64,000 bases of DNA. Source: a virus (lineage: Duplodnaviria > Caudoviricetes). Under the pieces are notes generated by a model. It was given only the letters and a program-made list of their open reading frames with translations, searched no databases and had not been told where the DNA came from. A program made the position numbers and the translations under genes. Positions 45,690-55,204 of this stretch are shown piece after piece (the stretch's first letter is position 1; each line of letters begins with the position of its first letter). The DNA lies in the IMG/VR virus record IMGVR_UViG_3300008255_000007, positions 1 to 64,000 of that record. One strand, written 5' to 3'.

Positions 45690-47767
45690 TGAAACTTAGT
45701 GAGCTTAATCCAGAAGAGTATCAAGTAGAAGAGTCTACTGAAGAGCAAAAGCCTTTACGTCTAAGTGAAGTATCTGTTGACGATTATCAAGTAGAGGATA
45801 TGGAACAGCCTGTTGAAGAGGCCCTAGTAGAAGCTTCTGAACAAGTTCCTGAATTCACTAAACTAGAATCTGCAGGACTGGGAGCAGCTCAAGGACTATC
45901 ATTAGGTTTTGCAGATGAGGCTGAAGGTTTTACTAGAGCTTTAGCTAATCTAGACCTAGATGGTTATAAAAAATATAGAGACATAGCAAGAGAGAGATAT
46001 ACAAAAGCTGGAGAAGTTAATCCTTATAGCTTTGCTGCTGGAGAATTAGGAGGAGGTCTACTACTACCTATACCAGGAGCAGGAGCCGCTAAAGCTACTT
46101 CTTTATTAGGAAAACTAGGAACTACTGCTGCTAAAGGGGCTGCTATTGGAGCTGGATATGGAGCTGGTTATTCTGAAAAAGAAGGACTAGAGTCTCTTGA
46201 GGATGCTGCAATAGGAGGAGCTTTAGGGGGAGTATTAGGCGGAGGTTTAGGAGCTAGCTCGGCTGCTAAAGCGGCACAAGCTACAGGAATTCCTAAAACA
46301 TTAGCTAAAGGAACTACAATGGCTACAGGAATAGGAACTGCAGGATTGTTAGGATCACAATTAGCAGATTCAGATGCATCTCGATTAGATAAAGCTAGAG
46401 CTATGATTCCAGCAGTAGCTGCCGTACCAGCTCTAGCAGGTACATCACTTAGAGGCTTAGGAAAACTATTAGCAGGCTCTAAGCCTGTAGATAAAGGAGC
46501 AGCTTTAGTAGATAGAGGATTTGATATATTCTCACAAAAAGGTTTAGATAAGGCCTATGCTCAATTAAGAGGAGCTTCTGAGGAAGTAGGAGGAGTCCTT
46601 AAAAGCGCTTTAAATGACGTAGGAGAGCGTTTACAGGCCGCCGCAGTAGCTGCAGAGGAAAAAGGCGTTAGAATTCAACCTGATGACATAGCGGCTGTTG
46701 TAGACGACGCTATTACTAGGAACGAAAGCCTACCTCCAGGATTTAAAAAAGAAGTAAGTCGTAAAATAATGGAGTCTCTATACGATGAACTACCAGAGCA
46801 ATATACTAAAACTCAAAAAACAGGACCTAAAGGAGAGAAAGTAGAACTATCAGCTAAAGGTAAGAAATTAGAAGATCTTCCTGAGTTAGAGACTTTAGAA
46901 GGTGCAAGAGAAGTTCCAGTATCTTCTAAGATAGCAAGAGATTTAGAAGCTTCAGGAGTAGATCCAGTTACTGTTGAAAAGCTAAGCTTAGAAACTCCAG
47001 GAGTATTAAGAAGAGATATAACTCCTGTAGAATTAAAAGAGCTTAGAACTAAAGTAAGACAGCTTAGAGATGCTACTACTACAGATTCTGAAAAGTATAC
47101 AGCATTAGATACTCTATATAGAAAAATAACAGAAGAGATTAAATCAGAGGTTCCAGGATTCGATGAACCCAGTGCTCTTTATAGACAAGGTATCGAAGCT
47201 CAAGACGTAGCAGGAATTGATCCTAGCAACAGATTTGCTAAGAAATTAAGTTCAGACGAAATAAAGAAAGTAAACCAATACTTAAAGGAGTATGCAATCT
47301 CTCCAGAAGCTGCTCCTTATGAGGTTTCTGCATTCCTAGAGAAAACTTTAGGAAAAGAAAGAGCTAAGCAGTTACTTGGAGATAAAGCTGGAGCAGTAGA
47401 AGATGTATCATATATTTCTAATCTATTAAGACAAGAAGAGCAAGCTAAGGGTGCTTTAGGCATAGCAGGAGATATCTCTCAACTATCTGGATTACGTGGT
47501 TATTTAAGGCCAGATATCTTAACTAGGACTGGGGTAAAAATAGGAGTAAAAGGTCCTCAATTTATAGCTAATATTGTAGATAAATTAGACGCCTTAAAAG
47601 CAGCCACTACATGGGCAAACAATAAAGGTTACAGTAAGATAGCTAATACGCTTAAGAATATGAATCAACAAGATTCCAAACAAAGAGCCATTACTTTATA
47701 TCTTTTAAATGCAGATCCTCAATACCGTCAACAACTTAAAGAGATGGAAGAGGAACTTGGAGAGTAA
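45689..47767 (+). CDS. Large ejection protein with Gly/Ala-rich membrane-like segments
   Basis: 692 aa, last gene of ejection cluster. Confidence 0.65.
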   Translation: MKLSELNPEEYQVEESTEEQKPLRLSEVSVDDYQVEDMEQPVEEALVEASEQVPEFTKLESAGLGAAQGLSLGFADEAEGFTRALANLDLDGYKKYRDIARERYTKAGEVNPYSFAAGELGGGLLLPIPGAGAAKATSLLGKLGTTAAKGAAIGAGYGAGYSEKEGLESLEDAAIGGALGGVLGGGLGASSAAKAAQATGIPKTLAKGTTMATGIGTAGLLGSQLADSDASRLDKARAMIPAVAAVPALAGTSLRGLGKLLAGSKPVDKGAALVDRGFDIFSQKGLDKAYAQLRGASEEVGGVLKSALNDVGERLQAAAVAAEEKGVRIQPDDIAAVVDDAITRNESLPPGFKKEVSRKIMESLYDELPEQYTKTQKTGPKGEKVELSAKGKKLEDLPELETLEGAREVPVSSKIARDLEASGVDPVTVEKLSLETPGVLRRDITPVELKELRTKVRQLRDATTTDSEKYTALDTLYRKITEEIKSEVPGFDEPSALYRQGIEAQDVAGIDPSNRFAKKLSSDEIKKVNQYLKEYAISPEAAPYEVSAFLEKTLGKERAKQLLGDKAGAVEDVSYISNLLRQEEQAKGALGIAGDISQLSGLRGYLRPDILTRTGVKIGVKGPQFIANIVDKLDALKAATTWANNKGYSKIANTLKNMNQQDSKQRAITLYLLNADPQYRQQLKEMEEELGE

Positions 47768-47768
47768 T

Positions 47769-48098
47769 ATGAGAGATGATTCTTTATACTTGGATCTTTT
47801 AAATAAGATAGCTAATCAGGTAGATGAGACACAGCAGTGCGTTACTAAGCTTGATAAAAAATTAGATCTTAATATTCAAGAAGTTAAACATGAAATAGCT
47901 CTAATTAATGTGTTAGATGTAAGACAAAATGAACTATTAGATGACCATATTAAAAGAACGGCTATCTCTGAAAAAAGATTAGACTACCTAGAAGAGAATA
48001 ATAGATTTAAACATAGACTTAAGAATTTAGTATTAGCTATAGGCGGAGTATTAGGAGCCTTATATACTATATTAAAAGTAATTGAAACTATTAGTTAA
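47769..48098 (+). CDS. Coiled-coil protein with C-terminal TM (likely start MRDDSL)
   Basis: Heptad-like body and LVLAIGGVLGALYTIL helix. Confidence 0.65.
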   Translation: MRDDSLYLDLLNKIANQVDETQQCVTKLDKKLDLNIQEVKHEIALINVLDVRQNELLDDHIKRTAISEKRLDYLEENNRFKHRLKNLVLAIGGVLGALYTILKVIETIS

Positions 48099-48580
48099 TC
48101 CTCTGACTCCGGATCAAATTTACCATTCTTTAAATCTATAAGAGTCAACAAGGCATCTTCAACGCCCTCTTTATCCTCTAAATATACTTTTGATTGCTCT
48201 ATTAAATGATTAAAATACTGAATACCTTTAGAATCTTTACTGTACGAGACTATCATCCCAGTAGCTTTAGCCTTGCTTAGCATGCATCTATTTCTACGAT
48301 TATTATCATCATAGAACTCTTTACGGTTATCCTTATCATATAGCTTCTCGCCTCTATGTTTAAAATTAGTAATTACTGTTTCAGATTGAAAAGAATTTAA
48401 AAACTCTTTCTCTTCATCATTTAATTTATGTAAATAATCAACTTCTAAGTATTCTTTTCTATTAGCTACCTGTCTATTAACATTAAGAGCTGGGTATTTA
48501 GCCTTAGAGTACTTCACATACTTCTCCGATTTTAATACATCTTTTTTAGGTTTTTCTTTTTTCTTAGTTTTTTTACTCAT
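48095..48580 (-). CDS. Hypothetical basic phage protein
   Basis: ORF track. Confidence 0.75.
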   Translation of the reverse strand: MSKKTKKKEKPKKDVLKSEKYVKYSKAKYPALNVNRQVANRKEYLEVDYLHKLNDEEKEFLNSFQSETVITNFKHRGEKLYDKDNRKEFYDDNNRRNRCMLSKAKATGMIVSYSKDSKGIQYFNHLIEQSKVYLEDKEGVEDALLTLIDLKNGKFDPESED

Positions 48581-49118
48581 TGGAGTCTCCGAAGTTTAAA
48601 ACAGCCTGATCCCCAAATGCCATTTTTGCATATTTATCGTATTCTTTAGCAGCTTCCTTTTCATTATAGAAATGCCCTATTAACCTACTACCATGTTCGG
48701 TTTTAAGCCTAGCTACAAAACCTCCTGCAATATCAGGGTAAACTCCTACATATTTACTTTCTTTTAGCTTCTTAGCTTTTTTACTAAATCTAGGGTCTTT
48801 ATAAACACTATACTCAGGAGGAAGTCCAACAGAGACTGGAGTTACAGCGTAGCAGACTAAACCCATTACTTTCTTTCTTTCAAATAATCTATTAAAAATA
48901 TTAAAGAAAATCTGCTTAGTCATTTTTATATTAGAGAAGGCTTTAAATTCATCATATATGATTCTAGCAGGTATGAGTTTATTAGAAGTGTTCATTCCTT
49001 TAGCCTGTATAAAGGAGTTAATTTCGCTAACTTTTGGATCTTCGAAATCATCCTCTTCTTTAGCAGGCTTTTGTCTTGCTATGTTGATAAGTTCTTGTAA
49101 TTTATTTATATCGCTCAT
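48573..49118 (-). CDS. AP2-domain protein with winged-helix-like N-terminal part
   Basis: ESKYVGVY...GHFYNEKEAAKEYDKYAKMAFG AP2 motif. Confidence 0.75.
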   Translation of the reverse strand: MSDINKLQELINIARQKPAKEEDDFEDPKVSEINSFIQAKGMNTSNKLIPARIIYDEFKAFSNIKMTKQIFFNIFNRLFERKKVMGLVCYAVTPVSVGLPPEYSVYKDPRFSKKAKKLKESKYVGVYPDIAGGFVARLKTEHGSRLIGHFYNEKEAAKEYDKYAKMAFGDQAVLNFGDSNE

Positions 49119-49122
49119 TTTA

Positions 49123-49509
49123 TCATTTTGATGCTTGATTAACAGAGTAAGTAAGGCCTACTGTAATAAGTGCTCCTAATCCAAAATACATTAAGTTTTC
49201 CCAGAAGTTCCTACTATCTCTAGAGGCTACTTCTTTAGCTAGATCGGTAGAATGGTTTTTCCATAAAACTACTTGTTCATCTAAAAGCTTTTGTTGCTTC
49301 TGTGATACCTCAAGACGTTTATTAGTAATCTCAGACAACTCTTTATAGTAGTCTAAATCGATCAATTTAAACCTAGTTTCTTTTTCTTTTTCAGGAGTAA
49401 ACAAGTATCCAGTATATGGAGCAGGTTCTCCTTTTTCTATATATCTAACTTGAGCTACTGAGACAAAGCTAAATGTCAATAAAGTAACTAGTGTAAAGAT
49501 TCTATACAT
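49123..49509 (-). CDS. Exported coiled-coil protein with C-terminal TM, possible spanin component (leaderless)
   Basis: Signal peptide, GEPAPYTGYLF, C-terminal hydrophobic helix. Confidence 0.55.
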   Translation of the reverse strand: MYRIFTLVTLLTFSFVSVAQVRYIEKGEPAPYTGYLFTPEKEKETRFKLIDLDYYKELSEITNKRLEVSQKQQKLLDEQVVLWKNHSTDLAKEVASRDSRNFWENLMYFGLGALITVGLTYSVNQASK

Positions 49510-49558
49510 ATGTACATTATAGCATACCTCTGTCTAAAGTGTAAACAACTAAAAGTAT

Positions 49559-50089
49559 ATGTCTCATACAAATAATAGCAAGTTAGATTTTCAACAGATC
49601 ATAAAGGCTGTATTTGATAGCGATAAACATAGGCTTAGGACTGATGGTATCGTCTCTTTTGAAGGCGGCGAGCAAGAAATAATTATAAGCCATCTTGATG
49701 ATTCTATTAGATTAGGGGATGGGACTAACTTTCTAACCTCTACTAATATAGGAGCAGACTACGGATTAGATGTTAATATCATCGGAGGTTCTTTAACTTC
49801 TAGCGATGGAGGTCTAATTGGTGGCTTAGCCAATTCTGCAGTAAATATAACAGATACTCCCACTAAAATACCAGTAAGTGCTTTAACTGATAGACATTCT
49901 ATTAGTATTAGAAATTGGGGGACTAGTAATATTTATTTTGGTACTAGCTCCGTAAGTACTTCTAATGGTTATCCAAAAAGACCTTATGAGGAATTTGTAC
50001 TAAGAGCCGGAGATGCTGCAGCTACTGAAATATACGCAGTATGCGAATCTGGAGAGAGTTCTCAAGTAAGAGTAATTGAGATTGCTTAA
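49559..50089 (+). CDS. Putative virion decoration protein (KLDFQQIIK N-terminus plus small beta-sandwich)
   Basis: Internal paralogy with 31996, 50489, 51720. Confidence 0.65.
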   Translation: MSHTNNSKLDFQQIIKAVFDSDKHRLRTDGIVSFEGGEQEIIISHLDDSIRLGDGTNFLTSTNIGADYGLDVNIIGGSLTSSDGGLIGGLANSAVNITDTPTKIPVSALTDRHSISIRNWGTSNIYFGTSSVSTSNGYPKRPYEEFVLRAGDAAATEIYAVCESGESSQVRVIEIA

Positions 50090-50133
50090 AGTAATAGTTT
50101 ACTCCTTACAAAGTTTATGATAAGATACCACTA

Positions 50134-50448
50134 ATGACTTCATTTGGGCATGGTGCCGCTTCCTTTTCAGGCAATACTCCATTTATTGTAAACATAGCCA
50201 CGCCTACAGCAGCTACTGAGTATAGCTATGCCTTACCTAAGAATACAACTAAGTTTAGTATTAGATCTAGACTTAATGGAAAAGTACAGCTAGCTTACAC
50301 TTCTGGACAAAGTAATACCATATTCATAACTGTAGATGCTGGATTTACTTATGAAATTCAAGGAGTTGAGCTTACTAGCAAAACTTTATATTTTAGGTCA
50401 ACTAAAAATAATGATATTATAGAAATCCACGGATTCTCCCTAAGCTAA
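50134..50448 (+). CDS. Small beta-sandwich protein (leaderless)
   Basis: Beta-rich; TTTACT-N17-TAAGAT ends 7 nt before ATG. Confidence 0.65.
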   Translation: MTSFGHGAASFSGNTPFIVNIATPTAATEYSYALPKNTTKFSIRSRLNGKVQLAYTSGQSNTIFITVDAGFTYEIQGVELTSKTLYFRSTKNNDIIEIHGFSLS

Positions 50449-50488
50449 TAACAAATACTAGTGAACCTTAAAAGGGAGATATAAATAG

Positions 50489-51397
50489 ATGTCTAAACAT
50501 AAAATTTTATTTGATACTACAGATGCTAACACTATTGAAGATAGTGATAGTTTAGGAGCATATTTACGTTCAAGTGATGGTACGCTTCTTACTCATACTA
50601 CAGTAGGCGGTAAAGAGGCTCTTGACGTTAGAGTAGCTGAAGGTATTAACGTAGAAGTTGATCTTGATTTTGCAGATGATAGTGTTGATGTAAGCGGCTC
50701 TCAAGTTGGAATTACTGGAGATGTAAACGTAACTCAAGGAACTGATCCTTGGGTAGTTTCTGCTACTGATCTCGATATTAGAGATTTAGATGCTTCTCAG
50801 GATAATGTAGCTATCAGCGATGGTACTGACACTTTAGAAGTAAATGCTGACGGATCACTTAATGCTGTAGTATCTGCTACAGACTTAGATATTAGAGATC
50901 TTACTTTTGCTCAAGATAAAGTAGATGTTTCTGGTTCTCAAGTAGGTGTAACAGGTGACGTTAATGTAACAGCTACCGATCTTGACATTAGGGATTTGGA
51001 TGCAGCTACTGACTCTGTACAAGCATGGGCTCATGACGGAGCAGGTACTGCTCTTACAAGTACTCTTGTTGGATCAGACCAAGCACTAGATGTTAATGTC
51101 GTTGCTGCTGTTGATGGATCAGTATCTGATACAGCAATTGCTTCTGCAGTTAATTCACTTGATGTTGCTAATACTGCAGAAGATGTAGTGGCTTCTCCTT
51201 TAGCAAATCGTAAGTTATTGTTTATTTACAATAATGGCAATAGAACTGCTTATATCGGAGCTTCTGGTGTAAGCGCAGCTAATGGCTTTCCTTTACCTCC
51301 TGGATCTATCCTAGAGCTTAAAGCAGGCCCTTCTGTAGATATTGAATGGGTCGGACCTAACACTGACCAAGAGCTACGTACTTTAGAACTTTCTTAA
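50489..51397 (+). CDS. Abundant structural protein with ATDLDIRDL repeats and C-terminal beta-sandwich
   Basis: Three ATDLDIRDL units, strong RBS, terminator downstream. Confidence 0.7.
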   Translation: MSKHKILFDTTDANTIEDSDSLGAYLRSSDGTLLTHTTVGGKEALDVRVAEGINVEVDLDFADDSVDVSGSQVGITGDVNVTQGTDPWVVSATDLDIRDLDASQDNVAISDGTDTLEVNADGSLNAVVSATDLDIRDLTFAQDKVDVSGSQVGVTGDVNVTATDLDIRDLDAATDSVQAWAHDGAGTALTSTLVGSDQALDVNVVAAVDGSVSDTAIASAVNSLDVANTAEDVVASPLANRKLLFIYNNGNRTAYIGASGVSAANGFPLPPGSILELKAGPSVDIEWVGPNTDQELRTLELS

Positions 51398-51422
51398 AAT
51401 AGTAATAAAGTTATAGAATTTA

Positions 51423-51455
51423 GAGAGAGGGCCTAAAAACCCCTCTCTTTTTTTT
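51423..51455 (+). terminator. Intrinsic terminator
   Basis: AGAGAGGG...CCCTCTCT stem followed by long T run. Confidence 0.8.
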
Positions 51456-51501
51456 ATTTATAACGTAGACTATTATAAAAGAGTCTGATATACTTCATGT
51501 T

Positions 51502-51717
51502 ATGGATAAAAATGCTTTTAATACTCAGGATAAAGAAAAACTAATAGCTTTCTTAAATCATGTAACAAAGCACGCTACCTTTACCCATAATACAGTACAA
51601 GCTATTGAGTTCTTTAAACTTCTAAGTCATATGCAGCAAGTAATTCTACCAAAAATGGATGCTAATTTATTAGAAGTATTAAGCGTTAAAGAGTTAAAGA
51701 AGGAAGAAGATAAGTAA
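51502..51717 (+). CDS. Small hypothetical protein (leaderless)
   Basis: TAGACT-N17-TATACT ends 7 nt before ATG. Confidence 0.7.
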   Translation: MDKNAFNTQDKEKLIAFLNHVTKHATFTHNTVQAIEFFKLLSHMQQVILPKMDANLLEVLSVKELKKEEDK

Positions 51718-51719
51718 TT

Positions 51720-52007
51720 ATGGCTTTTCAACCTTTAGATGGGCCTGGGGTATATGGAGCACTTGCAGTAACTACTACAGCAATAGAAGTTAAAGTAGGA
51801 GCCAGTACATTAGAAGATAGAGAAGTAGTCACTGTTCAACCTATAGATGGAGATGTATATTATGGATATGACAGTTCAGTATCAGCATCTACTGGGACCA
51901 TAATTAAAAAAGGTCAATTTTTTCCATTTGAAGCAAAAGATACGCTTCCTATCTATTTAGTAGCTGCTTCTGGAACTATAGATGTTAGAATTACGGAGGT
52001 AGCATAG
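51720..52007 (+). CDS. Stand-alone small beta-sandwich decoration-like protein
   Basis: Paralogous to C-termini of 49559 and 50489. Confidence 0.65.
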   Translation: MAFQPLDGPGVYGALAVTTTAIEVKVGASTLEDREVVTVQPIDGDVYYGYDSSVSASTGTIIKKGQFFPFEAKDTLPIYLVAASGTIDVRITEVA

Positions 52008-52496
52008 ATGTCTACTAGACGAGGATCTCCTACAGACGTAGCATCTTCTACTCCTTTTGATAATTCAATTAATGATTTTGATTCTGATAATGTACAAGAC
52101 GCTATAGAAGAAGCAAAATTACTTTCACAAGGATTTCCTAGATCTGGTATAAGAAGTACTGCTAACGGAACTGTAGGTAATAATAACTGGCTAGGGCCTA
52201 ATGAACTACTACCAAATACGCCCATGGCTACTTTTCCTGTTAAGGTTCAAATAAATGAAATAACGTGGTCTAATCAAAATATAGATGTTCAATTTCGTAT
52301 AGAATTTAGAAGCGGAAGTAAAACAGGAACTATTTTTTATACATTAGATGTTGATCCTCCAAATTCAGGTTCTGGATATATTGATGGACTAACATTTGAA
52401 TTTAATCCTGGTGATACTATATGGGCACAATATAAAGATGATGGACAGAATATGTCAGATGCTGAAGTCACTTTATGGATATCGAGGATACCATAA
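52008..52496 (+). CDS. Fibre-like protein (NVQDAIEE trimer motif), paralogue of 53206
   Basis: Internal sequence similarity. Confidence 0.65.
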   Translation: MSTRRGSPTDVASSTPFDNSINDFDSDNVQDAIEEAKLLSQGFPRSGIRSTANGTVGNNNWLGPNELLPNTPMATFPVKVQINEITWSNQNIDVQFRIEFRSGSKTGTIFYTLDVDPPNSGSGYIDGLTFEFNPGDTIWAQYKDDGQNMSDAEVTLWISRIP

Positions 52497-53209
52497 TGTC
52501 TCAGAAAAAGATTATACAAAACGTAAGCGGCACTACAAAGCAGATTCTAAATAGAGATGTAGCTAACGGAGATTCTTATGATGTGCCTCCTCATTTATGG
52601 TCAGAACTAGCTATAGACACTGAAATACATAATGCAGTAACTGCAGAAGAGTATATAATTAATAATGAAATGGTAGACTTAGTAGCTGAAGTAGGATTAG
52701 CACATTTACAAGTTATAGGAGGGGTAGTAGACAATCACTCCGATATAACACTTCTTCCTGCAGTTACCGAGAACGCTCCTGCTGTTATTAGAATATCGGA
52801 TGCTGCTATAGGATTTGATATGGATATAGGAACTGAAATATTTGGACACTCCAGAATAAACAATTATGCTGGAAACGGAGTAAATGTTCAACTACATATG
52901 GCTATTAATAATACAGAAGCAGATAGATGGATACAATTTAATGTTCATTATATAACTACAAATGGAAGAACTGATAAGCAGATGAACTCAGTTAATGGAA
53001 CTCTTCAAATGGGACCTGTAGCAGTACCTACTACGGCTTGGAGAGTATTCGAAGAAGAAGTAACTATACCATCTACTGCTTTTGATAACGGAGAAGTATA
53101 TATTTATATAGGAGTAGAACGAGTAGAGGCTGTAGGTAAAACAGCCCCTACTAATAATCCAGTAGTGTTAAGGTACTGTAAAAAGTACTGGGAGAGATTA
53201 GAATCATGA
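52496..53209 (+). CDS. Structural hypothetical protein (likely start MSQKKI)
   Basis: ORF track frame; beta-rich C-terminal domain. Confidence 0.6.
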   Translation: MSQKKIIQNVSGTTKQILNRDVANGDSYDVPPHLWSELAIDTEIHNAVTAEEYIINNEMVDLVAEVGLAHLQVIGGVVDNHSDITLLPAVTENAPAVIRISDAAIGFDMDIGTEIFGHSRINNYAGNGVNVQLHMAINNTEADRWIQFNVHYITTNGRTDKQMNSVNGTLQMGPVAVPTTAWRVFEEEVTIPSTAFDNGEVYIYIGVERVEAVGKTAPTNNPVVLRYCKKYWERLES

Positions 53210-53847
53210 GTTATAGATTTAAAGGTCAGAAAGTTATTATAGAAGGAGTAGAGAACATAATAGTTCCTACTTCCTTACCTGGATCTCCAGAAGACGGTTA
53301 TTTAGCTGTAGATTCCTCTGATGGTAAACTTAAAGTATACAACGAAACTAAAGCCAGATGGGTAGTTTTAGGAGATGCTGAAGATATAGTATTTAATAAT
53401 ACTTCTAATGGATATACAGCTACAGAAGTACAGTCAGCTATAGAAGAGAGTTTTAACTCTGCTATTTTAAAACCTAGATTTAGTATAGTAACTACCTTTA
53501 ATGGAACTACTGGAAATGAATACTTAGGATATAGTGAACTTATTCCAGGAGATAAAACTCCTATTAGGATTCCTTTAAATTCAGTTCTTAAAGAAATAAC
53601 AGTAGCATATAGAGATACGCTACTAGGATCAGCATCAATTGATGGAACGTATAGACTTTATAAAAATGGACTTTCTAATCCAGGAGATGTAGTACATACA
53701 GAAGTATTTAGTAATCAAAATAACGGAAAATTAATAACAGGCTTAAATATATCATTTAATGCTAATGATTATATGGTAGGACAGTGGGTAGATCAAGGAT
53801 CTAACCCTAAGGATATGGTAATAGTTTACTTCTTTCAGGTACAATAA
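53206..53847 (+). CDS. Fibre-like protein (EVQSAIEE motif)
   Basis: GYLAVD..DGKLKVY fibre motif; paralogue of 52008. Confidence 0.65.
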   Translation: MSYRFKGQKVIIEGVENIIVPTSLPGSPEDGYLAVDSSDGKLKVYNETKARWVVLGDAEDIVFNNTSNGYTATEVQSAIEESFNSAILKPRFSIVTTFNGTTGNEYLGYSELIPGDKTPIRIPLNSVLKEITVAYRDTLLGSASIDGTYRLYKNGLSNPGDVVHTEVFSNQNNGKLITGLNISFNANDYMVGQWVDQGSNPKDMVIVYFFQVQ

Positions 53848-53848
53848 A

Positions 53849-54508
53849 ATGACAAAATATATATATAACAATACACAAAATCAAAAAATCTATATAGGTA
53901 AGATAATAGATGCAGATTCTTATTATCTTATACAGCCTCATTTAGAAATATCCTTTGCTAATAGCAATGAAGTTCTTACAGATTTAGCAGCTTCGGATAT
54001 AGTAATGTCTACTACTACGGACTCTTCTGGACATATTACAGACTTAAATAAAGCTATTGACTATTTAAAAAATAATCTGCCTCAATTGGTAGAAACTACG
54101 TCTACTCCTGCATTTGCAGCTAAAACATTAGTTATTAATGGAGTAACTAAAAAACTATTTGCAAGAAATACAGGATTTCAACAGGCATTAGACCAAGGAG
54201 CTAATACTATCAATTATAGTCTTACATATCCTTGGTGTAAAATTCTAGGAGTAGAAGTAGTAGGTGCTGAAACTTTAGATTATTGTGATTTTGAAGTCTA
54301 TGATAATGCTCAAGGTAGTTACTCTGGTGTCCCTAATTTAAAACTTAATCAATTTGCATACTCTGTTAATATCCCAAAAGATTACTATATTAGACTCTCT
54401 CAATTTGATGCTGATATTTACCAAGGAATGGTTATTAAAATAACTTATAACTCAGTATCTGCTAAGTCTGTGGGGATTAATCTAATAATGAATGAAGTTA
54501 AAGACTAA
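53849..54508 (+). CDS. Structural hypothetical protein
   Basis: ORF track; beta-rich. Confidence 0.6.
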   Translation: MTKYIYNNTQNQKIYIGKIIDADSYYLIQPHLEISFANSNEVLTDLAASDIVMSTTTDSSGHITDLNKAIDYLKNNLPQLVETTSTPAFAAKTLVINGVTKKLFARNTGFQQALDQGANTINYSLTYPWCKILGVEVVGAETLDYCDFEVYDNAQGSYSGVPNLKLNQFAYSVNIPKDYYIRLSQFDADIYQGMVIKITYNSVSAKSVGINLIMNEVKD

Positions 54509-55023
54509 TGAGAACCTTAACAATAGGTTTTTCTAAGCCTATTAATAAAAGATTGCCACTTTTTAGTTGGTTTATAAGACTTTTAGAATGGACTCCTTAT
54601 TCTCATGTATATCTCAGATGGAAATCGGGACGTTTTGAAAAAGATCTGGTATATCAAGCATCAGGTACTACTGTTCATTTTTTAATGGGATGGCGATTTG
54701 ATAAAAAGGCAGAAACTTTAGATAGTTTCGAAATAGAAATGTCAGAAGAATTACACAGTCTATTAGTAGATAAGGCTATGAATTATGCAGGTTCTGATTA
54801 TGGAATAAAACAAGTCTTCGGTATAGCTATAGTAAAGCTTGCTAGACTATTTAATAAGGACATTAAAAATCCATTTGCAGATGGAGAATCTACTTGGGTA
54901 TGTTCAGAAATAGTTAAAGAACTAATAGAGGATTTAGGAATAAGTATCCCTGTTCACAGGGATAATGTAACTCCTAAAGATATATACAATATATTGAAAG
55001 AGGCGAGAGATGGCAACAATTAG
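54508..55023 (+). CDS. Permuted papain-like NlpC/P60 enzyme (YiiX/YebB-like)
   Basis: YSHV (His) precedes YAGSDY and WVCSEIV (Cys), the permuted order. Confidence 0.75.
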   Translation: MRTLTIGFSKPINKRLPLFSWFIRLLEWTPYSHVYLRWKSGRFEKDLVYQASGTTVHFLMGWRFDKKAETLDSFEIEMSEELHSLLVDKAMNYAGSDYGIKQVFGIAIVKLARLFNKDIKNPFADGESTWVCSEIVKELIEDLGISIPVHRDNVTPKDIYNILKEARDGNN

Positions 55024-55204
55024 AAGTAAACCAAAAGTAAAAGGCGTAGCAGGGTTTTTTAATACTCCCCCTAAATCTAAATTATTAAAAGACTATAGAG
55101 CTTTAAAAAGATATAAAGTTTTATTTTATACCAGTTTACTAGTTAACTTGTTTTTATTTTCTGTAATTTTTAAGGAAGAACTCAAGATCTTCTGGGGTTC
55201 CTAG
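55010..55204 (+). CDS. Small basic protein with C-terminal TM
   Basis: ORF track. Confidence 0.55.
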   Translation: MATIRSKPKVKGVAGFFNTPPKSKLLKDYRALKRYKVLFYTSLLVNLFLFSVIFKEELKIFWGS

